This document shows positions 54,619 to 63,997 of a stretch of DNA of 64,000 bases, one piece after another; position 1 is the stretch's first letter; each line of letters begins with the position of its first letter. Source of the stretch: an uncultured Anaerolineaceae bacterium (GTDB lineage: Bacteria > Chloroflexota > Anaerolineae > Anaerolineales > UBA4823); NCBI GenBank assembly GCA_964486825.1, contig CAZAQS010000002.1:100-64099 (forward strand), read 5' to 3'. The notes under the pieces are model-generated. The model did no database searches and was not told the DNA's origin. It saw nothing but the letters and a program-made list of their open reading frames with translations. Both the position numbers and the translations under genes were made by a program.

Positions 54619-55566
54619 ATGGCTATACCCGACCTTGCTACCGCTAAACCCCTCCGCACCGCCGATTTCCGCTCCAATAGCCTGGGTCGCCTCATGCTCA
54701 GGCGACTGGTACGGCAGCGCTCTGCCGTTGTGGGGATGACTCTATTAGGGTTCCTGTTGTTTGTCGCTATCTTCGCTGATGTGATCGCTCCATACGGTCC
54801 CACGGATGTGCTGATAGGTATAGAACCTGTAAGAAGAAGAGAGGCGCCCTGTATCCACTTGTTGGGTTGCCCAACGGACCGCCCTCAGCATATCATGGGC
54901 ATCGATGGGAACGTGCGCGACCAGTTTAGCCGCGTCGTCTTTGGAACGCGTGTCTCCCTTTTTATCGGCATCACCACGGTTAGCTTCGCGATTGTTGTCG
55001 GGACGATCTTGGGCTCCCTGGCAGGCTATGTCGGGAAATCGCTGGACAATATCATCATGCGTTTTATGGATGTTTTGCTTGCCTTCCCCTCCTTGCTCCT
55101 GGCGATTGCGATTGTATCTGTTTTGTCGAGGGGCTTGCAAAGCGCCTTGTTGGCGATTGCCATCGTCACCATACCGGTCTATGCGCGCGTGGTGCGCGCT
55201 AGCGTCCTATCCGTAAAGGAACAGGAATATATCGAAGCCACACGGGCCCTGGGAGCAAGCCATTTTGTAATCCTCATCAAGCATATTCTGCCCAATGCTG
55301 TACCCCCATTGATCGTCGCTGCCACATTGGGAATCGCATCCGCTATCCTGGATGCCGCAGCCCTCTCCTTCCTGGGGCTTGGAGCGCAACCACCGATGGC
55401 AGAATGGGGCACCATGTTAGGCGCCGAGCGCAACCAGGTCTTTACCTCGCCTCACCTGGTATTCTTCCCCGGGATTGCCATCATGATCACCGTTTTGTCC
55501 TTCAACTTGCTTGGGGATGGGTTGCGAGATGCAATTGACCCACGCCTGGCTCAAAGCGGCTATTAG
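54619..55566 (+). CDS. ABC transporter permease (DppC/OppC-like)
   Basis: OppC_N-like N-terminus; EAA region YIEATRALGAS; ATG 54619 after the upstream stop. Confidence 0.88.
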   Translation: MAIPDLATAKPLRTADFRSNSLGRLMLRRLVRQRSAVVGMTLLGFLLFVAIFADVIAPYGPTDVLIGIEPVRRREAPCIHLLGCPTDRPQHIMGIDGNVRDQFSRVVFGTRVSLFIGITTVSFAIVVGTILGSLAGYVGKSLDNIIMRFMDVLLAFPSLLLAIAIVSVLSRGLQSALLAIAIVTIPVYARVVRASVLSVKEQEYIEATRALGASHFVILIKHILPNAVPPLIVAATLGIASAILDAAALSFLGLGAQPPMAEWGTMLGAERNQVFTSPHLVFFPGIAIMITVLSFNLLGDGLRDAIDPRLAQSGY

Positions 55567-55623
55567 CCAATAAGGTACGATCTAGCCATTACACGATTCG
55601 AAAAAAGTGGGCAATAATAAACT

Positions 55624-55665
55624 AAAGGGTTCACCAGATAGCTAGCGGTGAACCCTTTTTGATTT
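55624..55665 (+). terminator. Rho-independent terminator after the permease genes
   Basis: Stem AAAGGGTTCACC / GGTGAACCCTTT followed by TTGATTT. Confidence 0.75.
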
Positions 55666-55740
55666 CCTCAAGCTTATGATCTGGTTAGAGGTGCGCCAAT
55701 TGATGAGCTTTTTGCAATTTCGATATACAATTAACTACCT

Positions 55741-55769
55741 TTGACATTCTAGATTACCCCAGCTACAAT
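55741..55769 (+). promoter_or_regulatory. Sigma-70-type promoter upstream of coaE
   Basis: TTGACA (55741-55746), a 17-nt spacer, then TACAAT (55764-55769). Confidence 0.5.
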
Positions 55770-55846
55770 GGTAATCATCGTGTGGATTCCTTAAGGAATA
55801 TACTTATGAGCTTGTATTTTCGACATCTCATCCAGCCCCGGCAAGA

Positions 55847-57001
55847 TTGGGTTATAGCGCGAAGGATGCTACCTTGAGCGCCTGGCCTGGCAAATTTGTG
55901 ATCGGGTTGACAGGTAATATTGCCACAGGCAAAAGCGTCGTGCGCAAAATGTTCGAGCACTTAGGCGCCTATGGGATCGACGCAGACGCGCTCGCTCACC
56001 GCGCCATTGCCAAGGGCGCGCCCGGTTATAAGCCTGTGTTGGACATGTTCGGGAAGTGGTTGTTGGATCCCGATGAACAGATCGACCGGTCACGCCTTGG
56101 GAAAATCGTCTTTGCTGATGCGGGCGCTTTAACCGGCCTGGAAACCATTGTTCATCCCCTGGTTCGAGAAGCGGTGGACATCCTGGTGCGTCGTTCCAAG
56201 CAGAACGTCATCGTCCTCGAAGCCATTAAGCTGCTCGAATCCCCTGTGCGAGAGAAATGTGACCGGATCGTAGTAACCTACGCACCGGAAGGCGTTCAAC
56301 TCAGCCGCCTGGTGGATAAACGCAAGATGACGCCTGAAACTGCCAGGGAGAGGATCGCAGCGCAACCTCCTCAAAGAGAAAAGATTACCGCCGCCGATAT
56401 CGTGATCCGTAACGACGGCACGTTCGAGGATACCTGGCTCCAGGTAAGCGCAGCCTGGCAAGAACTCTTCCCGCAGGAGGAGATGGCCTCGGATCTGCCT
56501 TCAGAGCGCAGAGAAATGCTGGTTGAGCGAGCCCGTCCCAGCGAGGCGGCAGAAATCGCTGCTTTTATTAATCGTTATCCTGATAAAAAGCATCCTTTAA
56601 GCGCTGCGGATATCATGGCATGCTTTGGAGAGAAAGCATTCTTACTGCTAAAGGTCAGCGGCAAGCTGTCAGGGTTGGCAGGTTGGCAAGTGGAAAATCT
56701 GGTCTCCCGAACGGATTCTGTTTACCTGGACCCTGCTTTGCCGGCACCGGAAGGGATGCGCCTTATCCTGAATGAAGTAGAGCGTTCCTCCCGAGATCTT
56801 CAATGCGAGGTTTCACTCTTGTTCTTACCGCCCAAGCTCGCCCGCCGGGAAGACACCTGGCGCGGGTTGGGATATGAAGCTCGCACTATTCAAAGCCTTG
56901 GGGTGCGGGCATGGCAGGAAGCTGCTCAGGAATCCATGCCAGATGGAACAGTGTTATTGTTCAAGCAATTGCGTAAGGACAGGGTGTTACGGCCGGTATG
57001 A
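55847..57001 (+). CDS. coaE: Dephospho-CoA kinase fused to a C-terminal GNAT-like domain of about 180 aa
   Basis: P-loop GLTGNIATGKS and CoaE-like first 200 aa; extra C-terminal domain; true start may be TTG 55874 (GAAGGA RBS). Confidence 0.85.
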   Translation: MGYSAKDATLSAWPGKFVIGLTGNIATGKSVVRKMFEHLGAYGIDADALAHRAIAKGAPGYKPVLDMFGKWLLDPDEQIDRSRLGKIVFADAGALTGLETIVHPLVREAVDILVRRSKQNVIVLEAIKLLESPVREKCDRIVVTYAPEGVQLSRLVDKRKMTPETARERIAAQPPQREKITAADIVIRNDGTFEDTWLQVSAAWQELFPQEEMASDLPSERREMLVERARPSEAAEIAAFINRYPDKKHPLSAADIMACFGEKAFLLLKVSGKLSGLAGWQVENLVSRTDSVYLDPALPAPEGMRLILNEVERSSRDLQCEVSLLFLPPKLARREDTWRGLGYEARTIQSLGVRAWQEAAQESMPDGTVLLFKQLRKDRVLRPV

Positions 57002-57047
57002 GCTTACCTGATCTGCTATTGGCTATCCAAAGTTCAAGTCAAATAGC

Positions 57048-57965
57048 ATGGGGAAACGTCCGGACAGCAGGATTTGTTCTGTGTATGATTTGATCATTGC
57101 CTTTTATAATAACTTGGTTTTCCTTTTTGAACGTTTAGATTGGGTAGACGTGGTCGACATCATGTTGGTCACCATGATCTTCTTCAGCATACTGCTCCTT
57201 CTGCGAGGCACCCAAGCCATGGTGCTGTTGAGGGGCGTGCTCCTGCTGGTAGCCCTGGTAGGTCTACTGAATAGCCTGGAGGTCCTGCCAGCATTTTCAT
57301 GGCTGGCCAGCAACGCTTTGCCTGCCCTGGTTATCGCCATCCCGGTGATCTTTGCGCCTGAAATCCGCCGGGGATTAGAACGCCTCGGCCGAGCTGGCAC
57401 CCTGCTCTCAACAACCAATGCCAGTTCGGATAGTGAGAGCGCCATTTCAGCTGTTGTTACGGCTGCCATCCGGCTTTCTGACCGCAAGCACGGAGCTCTG
57501 ATCGTCATCCAACGCCTGGACAGCCTGGATGAGTACGTTCGTACAGGAGTTCCCTTGAACGCTCGAGCGACGCCAGACTTGCTTATGCAGATCTTTTTCC
57601 CGAACACTCCATTGCATGATGGGGCTGCTATTATCGCCGGATCACAAATTCTAGCTGCTTCCTGCGTGATGCCCTTATCTGCGAGTGGTGTCCTGACCCG
57701 TTCTCCCGAGCGGCGTATGGGGTTGCGCCACAGGGCTGCCCTGGGTATTTCGGAGGTCAGTGATGCGGTTTCTGTGATCGTATCTGAAGAAACGGGCATT
57801 ATCTCCGTCGTGCACGGTGGTCGAATGATCCGCAGGCTGGATTCGGAGCGCCTGGAGAATATCTTAAGAGCTTTCTACTGGCCTCTAAAAAGCAAGAAAG
57901 GCATGAGTCGCTTAATATCGCGCCTTATTCCGGAACAACCTCGCCGTAAACGAGAGGAAGGATAG
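57048..57965 (+). CDS. cdaA: Diadenylate cyclase CdaA
   Basis: Three N-terminal TM segments; DAC motifs HDGAAII (DGA) and GLRHRAALG (RHR). Confidence 0.9.
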   Translation: MGKRPDSRICSVYDLIIAFYNNLVFLFERLDWVDVVDIMLVTMIFFSILLLLRGTQAMVLLRGVLLLVALVGLLNSLEVLPAFSWLASNALPALVIAIPVIFAPEIRRGLERLGRAGTLLSTTNASSDSESAISAVVTAAIRLSDRKHGALIVIQRLDSLDEYVRTGVPLNARATPDLLMQIFFPNTPLHDGAAIIAGSQILAASCVMPLSASGVLTRSPERRMGLRHRAALGISEVSDAVSVIVSEETGIISVVHGGRMIRRLDSERLENILRAFYWPLKSKKGMSRLISRLIPEQPRRKREEG

Positions 57966-57971
57966 ATAGAA

Positions 57972-59249
57972 TTGGTAGTCTTGAGATGGTTAGGTAAAAA
58001 TGTCGGTACTTTGGTGATGGCATTCATCTTATCGATGGTTGTCTGGATTTCTGCAGTTGTGGCAGCCGATCCAAATGTGGAACAGGCCTTGAACAGGCCT
58101 GTGACCTTGGAAGTTGAAGATCTCCAGCCGGGGCTCTTGATTATGAATGAGATCCCAGGCCAGGTGCGCATCACGTTGAACGCGCCGAACTCTCGCTGGC
58201 GTGTTCTGACCGGCGACCCCCGCTCGGTCCGGGCCTGGATTGACCTGGAAGGCATGGGCCCCGGAGAGCATTTGGTTCAAGTTGATGTTCAGCCTGCCAT
58301 TAGCCCGGTAAGGGTAGCTAGCGTGGACCCGGCTGAAATCCTGATTGTCCTGGAGCCTGAAGTGATGCGGGTTGATCCAATCGAGCTGGTGGTGGAAGGT
58401 GAGCCAGCCTTGGGTTATATGGCAGCGCCTGCTACAATAGAGCCTGAGGAGGTGACGATCACCGGTCCATCCAGCCGGGTGAGCCTGGTACAGGAAGTAC
58501 AGGCTTATCTTGAGATCGCTGGAGAACGACAAACCGTTGAGGCGAGTCTTCCCCTGCGTGCTCTAGATGCCCAAGGAGAAGAGGTCGAAGGCGTTACTTT
58601 GACGCCTGCTTCGGTATCTGTCGTCCAGCCGATCACTTTGCTAGGAGGCTACCGCAACGTCATCGTCCGGGTGGATACCCAGGAGACTTCGCCTGCTCCG
58701 GGGTACCGGCTGACAAATATCGTCGTTACCCCTCCTTCCGTGATTGTATTTTCCAGCGACCCTCGCCTGGTGGAGGCGTTACCCGGATATATCGAGACCC
58801 AACCCCTTGACCTGACCGGAACAGAAGAGGATATCGAAACCTTGCTGGAATTGATAACCCCGGAGGGTATTACGGTGGTTAACGATCAAAAAGTCCTCGT
58901 GCAGGTCAGCATTTCGCCCATCGAAAGCAACTTGAGGATAGCTGTGCCTGTAGAGGTGATCGGCTTGGCGCCCGGAGAGATGGCTTTGGTTTCCCCTCAG
59001 TTGGTGGATGTAATTCTTTCCGGCCCGGTGCCTGTCCTGGACGGCCTCAAACCGGGTGATATCCGGGTGGTGGTCGATATCAACGGCCGTGAGGATGGAG
59101 TTTACCAGCTCAATCCGACAGTCTCGCACCTCCCGAATCGCCTTCGAGTGGAGTCCATCCAACCTTCCAGTGTGGAGGTTACGATAGGGCCTGAGCCTAC
59201 CCCAACGGTTACGCCCGCTGTAACCGTGACCCCGACGGTCTCACCATGA
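57972..59249 (+). CDS. cdaR: CdaR-like YbbR-repeat protein
   Basis: N-terminal TM; repeated beta-rich YbbR-like modules; position directly after cdaA; start codon uncertain. Confidence 0.78.
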   Translation: MVVLRWLGKNVGTLVMAFILSMVVWISAVVAADPNVEQALNRPVTLEVEDLQPGLLIMNEIPGQVRITLNAPNSRWRVLTGDPRSVRAWIDLEGMGPGEHLVQVDVQPAISPVRVASVDPAEILIVLEPEVMRVDPIELVVEGEPALGYMAAPATIEPEEVTITGPSSRVSLVQEVQAYLEIAGERQTVEASLPLRALDAQGEEVEGVTLTPASVSVVQPITLLGGYRNVIVRVDTQETSPAPGYRLTNIVVTPPSVIVFSSDPRLVEALPGYIETQPLDLTGTEEDIETLLELITPEGITVVNDQKVLVQVSISPIESNLRIAVPVEVIGLAPGEMALVSPQLVDVILSGPVPVLDGLKPGDIRVVVDINGREDGVYQLNPTVSHLPNRLRVESIQPSSVEVTIGPEPTPTVTPAVTVTPTVSP

Positions 59250-60619
59250 GAAAGCCAGTCGTTGCATTGGTTGGGCGACCGAACGTGGGAAAGAGCACCC
59301 TCTTCAACCGCCTGGCAGGCGAGCGCCTGGCTGTTGTGGATGCTACTCCCGGTACCACGCGTGACCGTTTATTCGCGGAAGCGGATTGGGCAGGGGTTGT
59401 TTTTGATATTATCGATACGGGGGGAATCGATCCTACGCAAACCGGTCCTGGGCGAAAAACCGAGCCTCTATCAGTTGGCTCTGCGGATTTCATCCAACAG
59501 ATCCGAGAGCAGGCGGAGGTTGCTGTCCGTGAGGCCGACGCAGTTATCCTGGTAACCGACGCAGAAAGCGGAGTGACGCCTGCTGACCAGGAAGTTGCCG
59601 CCATCCTGCGCCGGTTGCAGAAAGAGGTGGGGGGAGAGAAATTACCGCCGGTTCTCCTGGCAGTCAATAAAGCAGATAGCGAGACGCGTCGGGTGCAGGC
59701 CTTACAGTTCTACGAGCTGGGCCTGGGCGACCCCTATCCAATCTCTGCACTGCACGGAACGGGGACGGGAGACCTCTTGGATGCTTTGGTAGCTACGTTT
59801 AAAGATCAGGGTGTCGAAGAAGAGGATGAATCGGTCAAGATTGCGATCGTTGGAAAGCCTAATGTCGGCAAATCCAGCCTGTTGAACCGTCTGCTGGGCC
59901 AGGAGCGCGCCATCGTCAGCGACATCCCTGGGACAACCCGCGATGCTGTTGATACACAGCTCATTTTTGAAGGCGAACCCCTTACCTTAATCGACACGGC
60001 TGGTATTCGGCGCAGGGGTCGGATCGATCCGGGAGTCGAGAAGTACTCGGTTTTACGCTCCTTGAAGGCCATCGAGCGCTCGGATGTTGCCCTGCTCCTA
60101 GTGGACGCCACCAGCGGGGTAACAGCTCAGGACGCTCATATCGCAGGCTTTATCCTGGAAGCCTGGAAATCAACCGTTGTGCTGGTGAATAAATGGGATG
60201 CCATCGTGAAAGACACCTATACCATGGATGAGTTCACCAAACACGTCCGCCAGGAGTTGAACTTCCTGGATTATGTGCCCGTGCTCTTTATATCGGCATT
60301 AACCGGGCAGCGAGTGAACCAGGTATTGCCACTCGCGTTGCGAGTGCAGGAGCAGCGTCTCGTGCGGATGTCCACCTCGCAGATCAACCAGGTCCTGCAA
60401 AAAGCGCAGGACCAACATGCTGCCCCATCCCATGCAGGACGCCAACTCAAGATCTATTACGGGACCCAGGTCCGCAGCGACCCGCCAACATTCCTCATGT
60501 ATGTCAATGATCCTAAGCTGGTCCACTTTAGTTACCAACGATTCTTGGAAAACCGCTTTCGAGAAGCCAACAATTATCTAGGGACTCCTATCAGGCTGGT
60601 TTTCCGCGCCCGACGGTGA
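59246..60619 (+). CDS. der: Ribosome-biogenesis GTPase Der (EngA)
   Basis: Two G domains (GRPNVGKST, GKPNVGKSS; DTGG, DTAG; NKAD, NKWD) plus a KH-like C-terminus; ATGA overlap with cdaR. Confidence 0.93.
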   Translation: MRKPVVALVGRPNVGKSTLFNRLAGERLAVVDATPGTTRDRLFAEADWAGVVFDIIDTGGIDPTQTGPGRKTEPLSVGSADFIQQIREQAEVAVREADAVILVTDAESGVTPADQEVAAILRRLQKEVGGEKLPPVLLAVNKADSETRRVQALQFYELGLGDPYPISALHGTGTGDLLDALVATFKDQGVEEEDESVKIAIVGKPNVGKSSLLNRLLGQERAIVSDIPGTTRDAVDTQLIFEGEPLTLIDTAGIRRRGRIDPGVEKYSVLRSLKAIERSDVALLLVDATSGVTAQDAHIAGFILEAWKSTVVLVNKWDAIVKDTYTMDEFTKHVRQELNFLDYVPVLFISALTGQRVNQVLPLALRVQEQRLVRMSTSQINQVLQKAQDQHAAPSHAGRQLKIYYGTQVRSDPPTFLMYVNDPKLVHFSYQRFLENRFREANNYLGTPIRLVFRARR

Positions 60620-60770
60620 TCATATTTATTACAATTAAGCACAATCAAGCCCCTTTCGGATTTGTTAGGTATTCATGGGGGATTCCCAACGAACCTCTCA
60701 ATATCCCTTGCTCAGCCTGTCTTCCGGTTATATAATGCCAGTATCTTTTTCCTTGTAGGTACCTGAGTCT

Positions 60771-61373
60771 GTGGATGATATAAAGTCTAAACCCATTACT
60801 GAGCCAGGTTTGCTTCGGGAACGGCGATCGGGGCTTCCTAGCTTTATCATCGATATACTTGAAACGTTGATCTTAGCGGTGATCTTATTCGTCGCCATCA
60901 ACGCTATATCTGCCCGTATCCGTGTGGATGGTTCCAGCATGGAACCCACATTACATGGCGGGGAGTACGTCCTGGTAAATAAATTGAGCTACCGCTTGGG
61001 GCAGCCCGAATATGGCGACGTGATCGTGTTTTATTACCCCCGTGACCCCCAACAAGAATATATCAAGCGAGTGATCGGGTTGCCGGGTGACAAGGTCGAC
61101 ATCAGCGATGGTAGTGTGTTTGTTAATGGCGTCCTGCTGGAGGAACCCTATATCGCAGCTGCACCCATTTATCCTGGTAGCTGGTTGGTGCCCGATCACT
61201 CACTTTTCGTACTTGGAGATAACCGCAACAACTCATCCGACTCGCATAGCTGGGGAGCGGTTCCCGTCAGTTACGTTGTGGGAAAGGCAATTCTCGTTTA
61301 TTGGCCTCCCCCGGCCTGGGGTATGATAGAACATCAAGGGTATGCTGCAGTAGAACAGGAGCTAAATCGATGA
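60771..61373 (+). CDS. lepB: Signal peptidase I
   Basis: SMEPTL (catalytic Ser), KRVIGLPGD (catalytic Lys) and GDNRNNSSDS motifs. Confidence 0.9.
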   Translation: MDDIKSKPITEPGLLRERRSGLPSFIIDILETLILAVILFVAINAISARIRVDGSSMEPTLHGGEYVLVNKLSYRLGQPEYGDVIVFYYPRDPQQEYIKRVIGLPGDKVDISDGSVFVNGVLLEEPYIAAAPIYPGSWLVPDHSLFVLGDNRNNSSDSHSWGAVPVSYVVGKAILVYWPPPAWGMIEHQGYAAVEQELNR

Positions 61374-61654
61374 CAAACGTGGAAAATGGGACACAAGAAA
61401 TTCCTGTTTTGTGCTCCGAATGTAAGGCCGGCCTCCTACGGCTGCGCTACCTGACCTATTTTACCTGGCTGGACGAGGAACTGATAACCGTTCCAAACTT
61501 TCCCGCCTGGGTATGTGATATGTGCGGGCGGCGTGATTACGACGCGCGCGCCATCAGCTGGCTGAACACGATCCTGAACCCGGTTGCCGGGCGTAAACTC
61601 TCCTCCCGGCGTCGTAAGAGCACGCCTTCTCATCTAGATCTATCGCAAACGTAA
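61370..61654 (+). CDS. YgiT-type zinc-finger protein
   Basis: CSEC...NFPAWVCDMCG pattern; ATG 61370 overlaps the lepB stop (ATGA). Confidence 0.65.
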   Translation: MTNVENGTQEIPVLCSECKAGLLRLRYLTYFTWLDEELITVPNFPAWVCDMCGRRDYDARAISWLNTILNPVAGRKLSSRRRKSTPSHLDLSQT

Positions 61655-61670
61655 CAATTCTAGCAGCGCC

Positions 61671-62219
61671 TTATTCCTGGTTGATGAAGGTCAGCAGGAG
61701 TGGGCGCGCCAGCAACAACGCCGCCAGCGTTTTACCATCCTGGATCTCGCCTCTTTCAGCCATTTCATATAACTGTTTTACTGGCATCTGTTCCACTTCC
61801 AGAAACTCGTCATCGTCCATTTCAAGCGGGGCCGGTTTTAAACCGGTCGCCAGGTAGATATACATATATTCTGTAGAATACCCGGGGGCCAGAAAGAACT
61901 CTCCGATATTCACCAGGTCAGTAGCTGACATTCCGATCTCTTCCCGGATCTCCCGGTGGGCGCACACCTCCGGGAGTTCCTGCTCATCCAGCGTGCCTGC
62001 CGGCAGCTCTACGAGCACCTCTCCCCCAGCATGCCGGTACTGCCGGACCAGCCAGATGCGTCCTTCACCGTCCAACGGGATGATGGTAACAGCATTACTG
62101 TGTTGAACGATATCTAACGTACCTTGCCTGCCGTCCGGCATTTCCACCAGGTCTTTACGGACTTTGAAAGCCCGGCCATGATAAACCGTATCGGATTGAA
62201 TTAATTCAAATTTGTCCAT
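61671..62219 (-). CDS. NUDIX hydrolase (ADP-ribose pyrophosphatase-like)
   Basis: Nudix box GTLDEQELPEVCAHREIREEIG; start set at ATG 62219 because GTG 62255 lies inside the upstream terminator hairpin. Confidence 0.85.
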   Translation of the reverse strand: MDKFELIQSDTVYHGRAFKVRKDLVEMPDGRQGTLDIVQHSNAVTIIPLDGEGRIWLVRQYRHAGGEVLVELPAGTLDEQELPEVCAHREIREEIGMSATDLVNIGEFFLAPGYSTEYMYIYLATGLKPAPLEMDDDEFLEVEQMPVKQLYEMAERGEIQDGKTLAALLLARPLLLTFINQE

Positions 62220-62234
62220 GGTATCAAATTTAAG

Positions 62235-62258
62235 GTGTGCGGCGCAACGTCGCACACC
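62235..62258 (-). terminator. Hairpin after the LysM gene
   Basis: 8-bp stem GGTGTGCG / CGCACACC; T-rich tail TTAAATTT on the minus strand. Confidence 0.45.
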
Positions 62259-62294
62259 CTAATTCCTTATATAAGAAAGGGTTTCGTACAATCC

Positions 62295-63026
62295 CTAGGG
62301 GATATACAGGGTTTGCCCGGCCGAGAGCGTAAATGGTTCGCTAAGCTCGTTTGCCCAAGCGATCCGATAGGGATCCACGTCTCCAAATTGGCAGGCAATC
62401 GAGAAGATGGTGTCACCGGCTCGCACCGTGTAATCCGTAGGATGGGATTGTAAAGCGCGCGGCCCTGGCCATTCACCGGCCGACTGCGGGATCCTTAATA
62501 CCTGTCCAGGTTGGATTTGAGAGTTTGGTCCCAGGCTGTTAGCGCTGAGAAGGTCGCTCGGATTGATATTGAACCTACGGGCCAGGCAGAAGGGGAATTC
62601 ACCCTTTTGTACGGTGTAGGTTTCAGGCACTCCCTGCGTTGGCTCGGGTATTCCACCTCCCCGTGGAGCTGGAGGCTCGGGCTGTGGCTCAGCTACCTGC
62701 TCTTGGGCAGCGGGCGCTTCAGCAGGTTGTTCGGCCGGCGGCTCACTGGGTTGTCCTTCAACCGGTTCGGTGGTGGGAGCTTCTACGGCTGGGGCTTCTG
62801 GCGTGACTTCTTGAATGGGAGCTCCACCGCCCATGGCAATGGCTGTTTGAGTGGCGATCGTCTCAAAAAGCCCCATAGTTTCTGTGCCCGCTCCTGGTAT
62901 CGGAAATCCCCCTTCCTCCACCGTTGCAGTAGGCTCAGGCGCTGTCGAGGCCGGAAGCCGGCAGCCTGCCAACCCGATTGCAAGCAAACCAATCAGGAAA
63001 ACCAGGAGGAAGTGCTTTATCTTCAT
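62295..63026 (-). CDS. Lipoprotein with two LysM domains
   Basis: Lipobox GLAGC; Pro/Glu/Ala linker; YTVQKGEFPFCLARRF...GQVLRIP and YTVRAGDTIFSIACQF...GQTLYIP. Confidence 0.85.
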   Translation of the reverse strand: MKIKHFLLVFLIGLLAIGLAGCRLPASTAPEPTATVEEGGFPIPGAGTETMGLFETIATQTAIAMGGGAPIQEVTPEAPAVEAPTTEPVEGQPSEPPAEQPAEAPAAQEQVAEPQPEPPAPRGGGIPEPTQGVPETYTVQKGEFPFCLARRFNINPSDLLSANSLGPNSQIQPGQVLRIPQSAGEWPGPRALQSHPTDYTVRAGDTIFSIACQFGDVDPYRIAWANELSEPFTLSAGQTLYIP

Positions 63027-63202
63027 CTTTCTATCTCCTTAGCTGTTGTTAGGTCACAATTCTGACCGGAAAATCAAAATGCTGTGAGTAGAGCACTAAA
63101 CAAGCAAATTATTTTCGCTACTTGCATGATACTAGCACAATCCAATACCTCCGTCAAGCGAGTAGTGGATTGCATTTTTGTGTAGTTAAAGTTGATAGCG
63201 GC

Positions 63203-63997
63203 TTAACGGTTCCAGTAACCGAACTCGCTTACTCTTACCGTCAGTTGGTCTGTCTCGTCCGAGCCAATATAGATACCCAGGTAGCCTTCTGGGAAGGAGT
63301 CATCTTGAAATTCAGCGACTTTGACCCCGTTCACATACAGCTCGAACAGGTTCCCGGTTGCCATGACGCCGACCCGGTTCGTTTGTCCGGCGCCGCGAAG
63401 GATGGCAGAATGCTCGGTCCAGTTGATATGGGTGGTCCATAGGCCGCGCGGTTCCACGCTTCCATCCCATTCGCTGAAGGAATATCTACCATCGCAGCTT
63501 ATGCCAAACAGGTATCCGCGGTCGGCTGGGTTGCGTTCGGGAATGCGCACGATCAAGCCAAAGTGATCGGAACCCGAGCAAGCTTCAAAGGCCCCGGAAA
63601 CCTCGGCATAAAAATTTACCAGGCTTGGCAGGGTAGCCAGGCGCCAGCCAGCCGTTCCCGTCAGTGCGGTGACATACATGCGCTCGTCACGAAAACTAGC
63701 GCTGGTGAAGTCGTCAGCGCCGGTCGGCCAATATTGGCTGCTGCTCATCGTATCCCTCACAGTTGGAGCGCCAAGCTGGTCGCGGGGGTCAGTTCCGGCG
63801 GGCAGGGCCGTGGCAGCCACCATGGTTGCGGTTGGAGGGCTGGTGGGGCTGGGTTGAGGGGTGGCGGTAGGCTCCTGGGTGGGCGTAGGTTCCAGGGTAG
63901 GGGAAGGGGATGGAACGAGAGCCTCGGTAGGGACCGGGGTGGGGGGCGCTTCTGTGGGTAGAGCTGCTAGCGTTTGTTGGACGATGGTGGCGATCAA
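63203..63997 (-). CDS. Secreted protein with Pro/Thr linker and a jelly-roll (LamG/DUF1080-like) C-terminal domain; N-terminus beyond the window
   Basis: Open to the window edge; C-terminal beta-rich domain ending ...LTVRVSEFGYWNR. Confidence 0.65.
   Translation of the reverse strand: MIATIVQQTLAALPTEAPPTPVPTEALVPSPSPTLEPTPTQEPTATPQPSPTSPPTATMVAATALPAGTDPRDQLGAPTVRDTMSSSQYWPTGADDFTSASFRDERMYVTALTGTAGWRLATLPSLVNFYAEVSGAFEACSGSDHFGLIVRIPERNPADRGYLFGISCDGRYSFSEWDGSVEPRGLWTTHINWTEHSAILRGAGQTNRVGVMATGNLFELYVNGVKVAEFQDDSFPEGYLGIYIGSDETDQLTVRVSEFGYWNR

Noticed and set aside
62255-62255. GTG 62255 as the NUDIX start codon
   Set aside because: It lies inside the terminator hairpin of the upstream LysM gene. 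ATG 62219 gives a canonical N-terminus (MDKFELIQSDTVYHGRAF).
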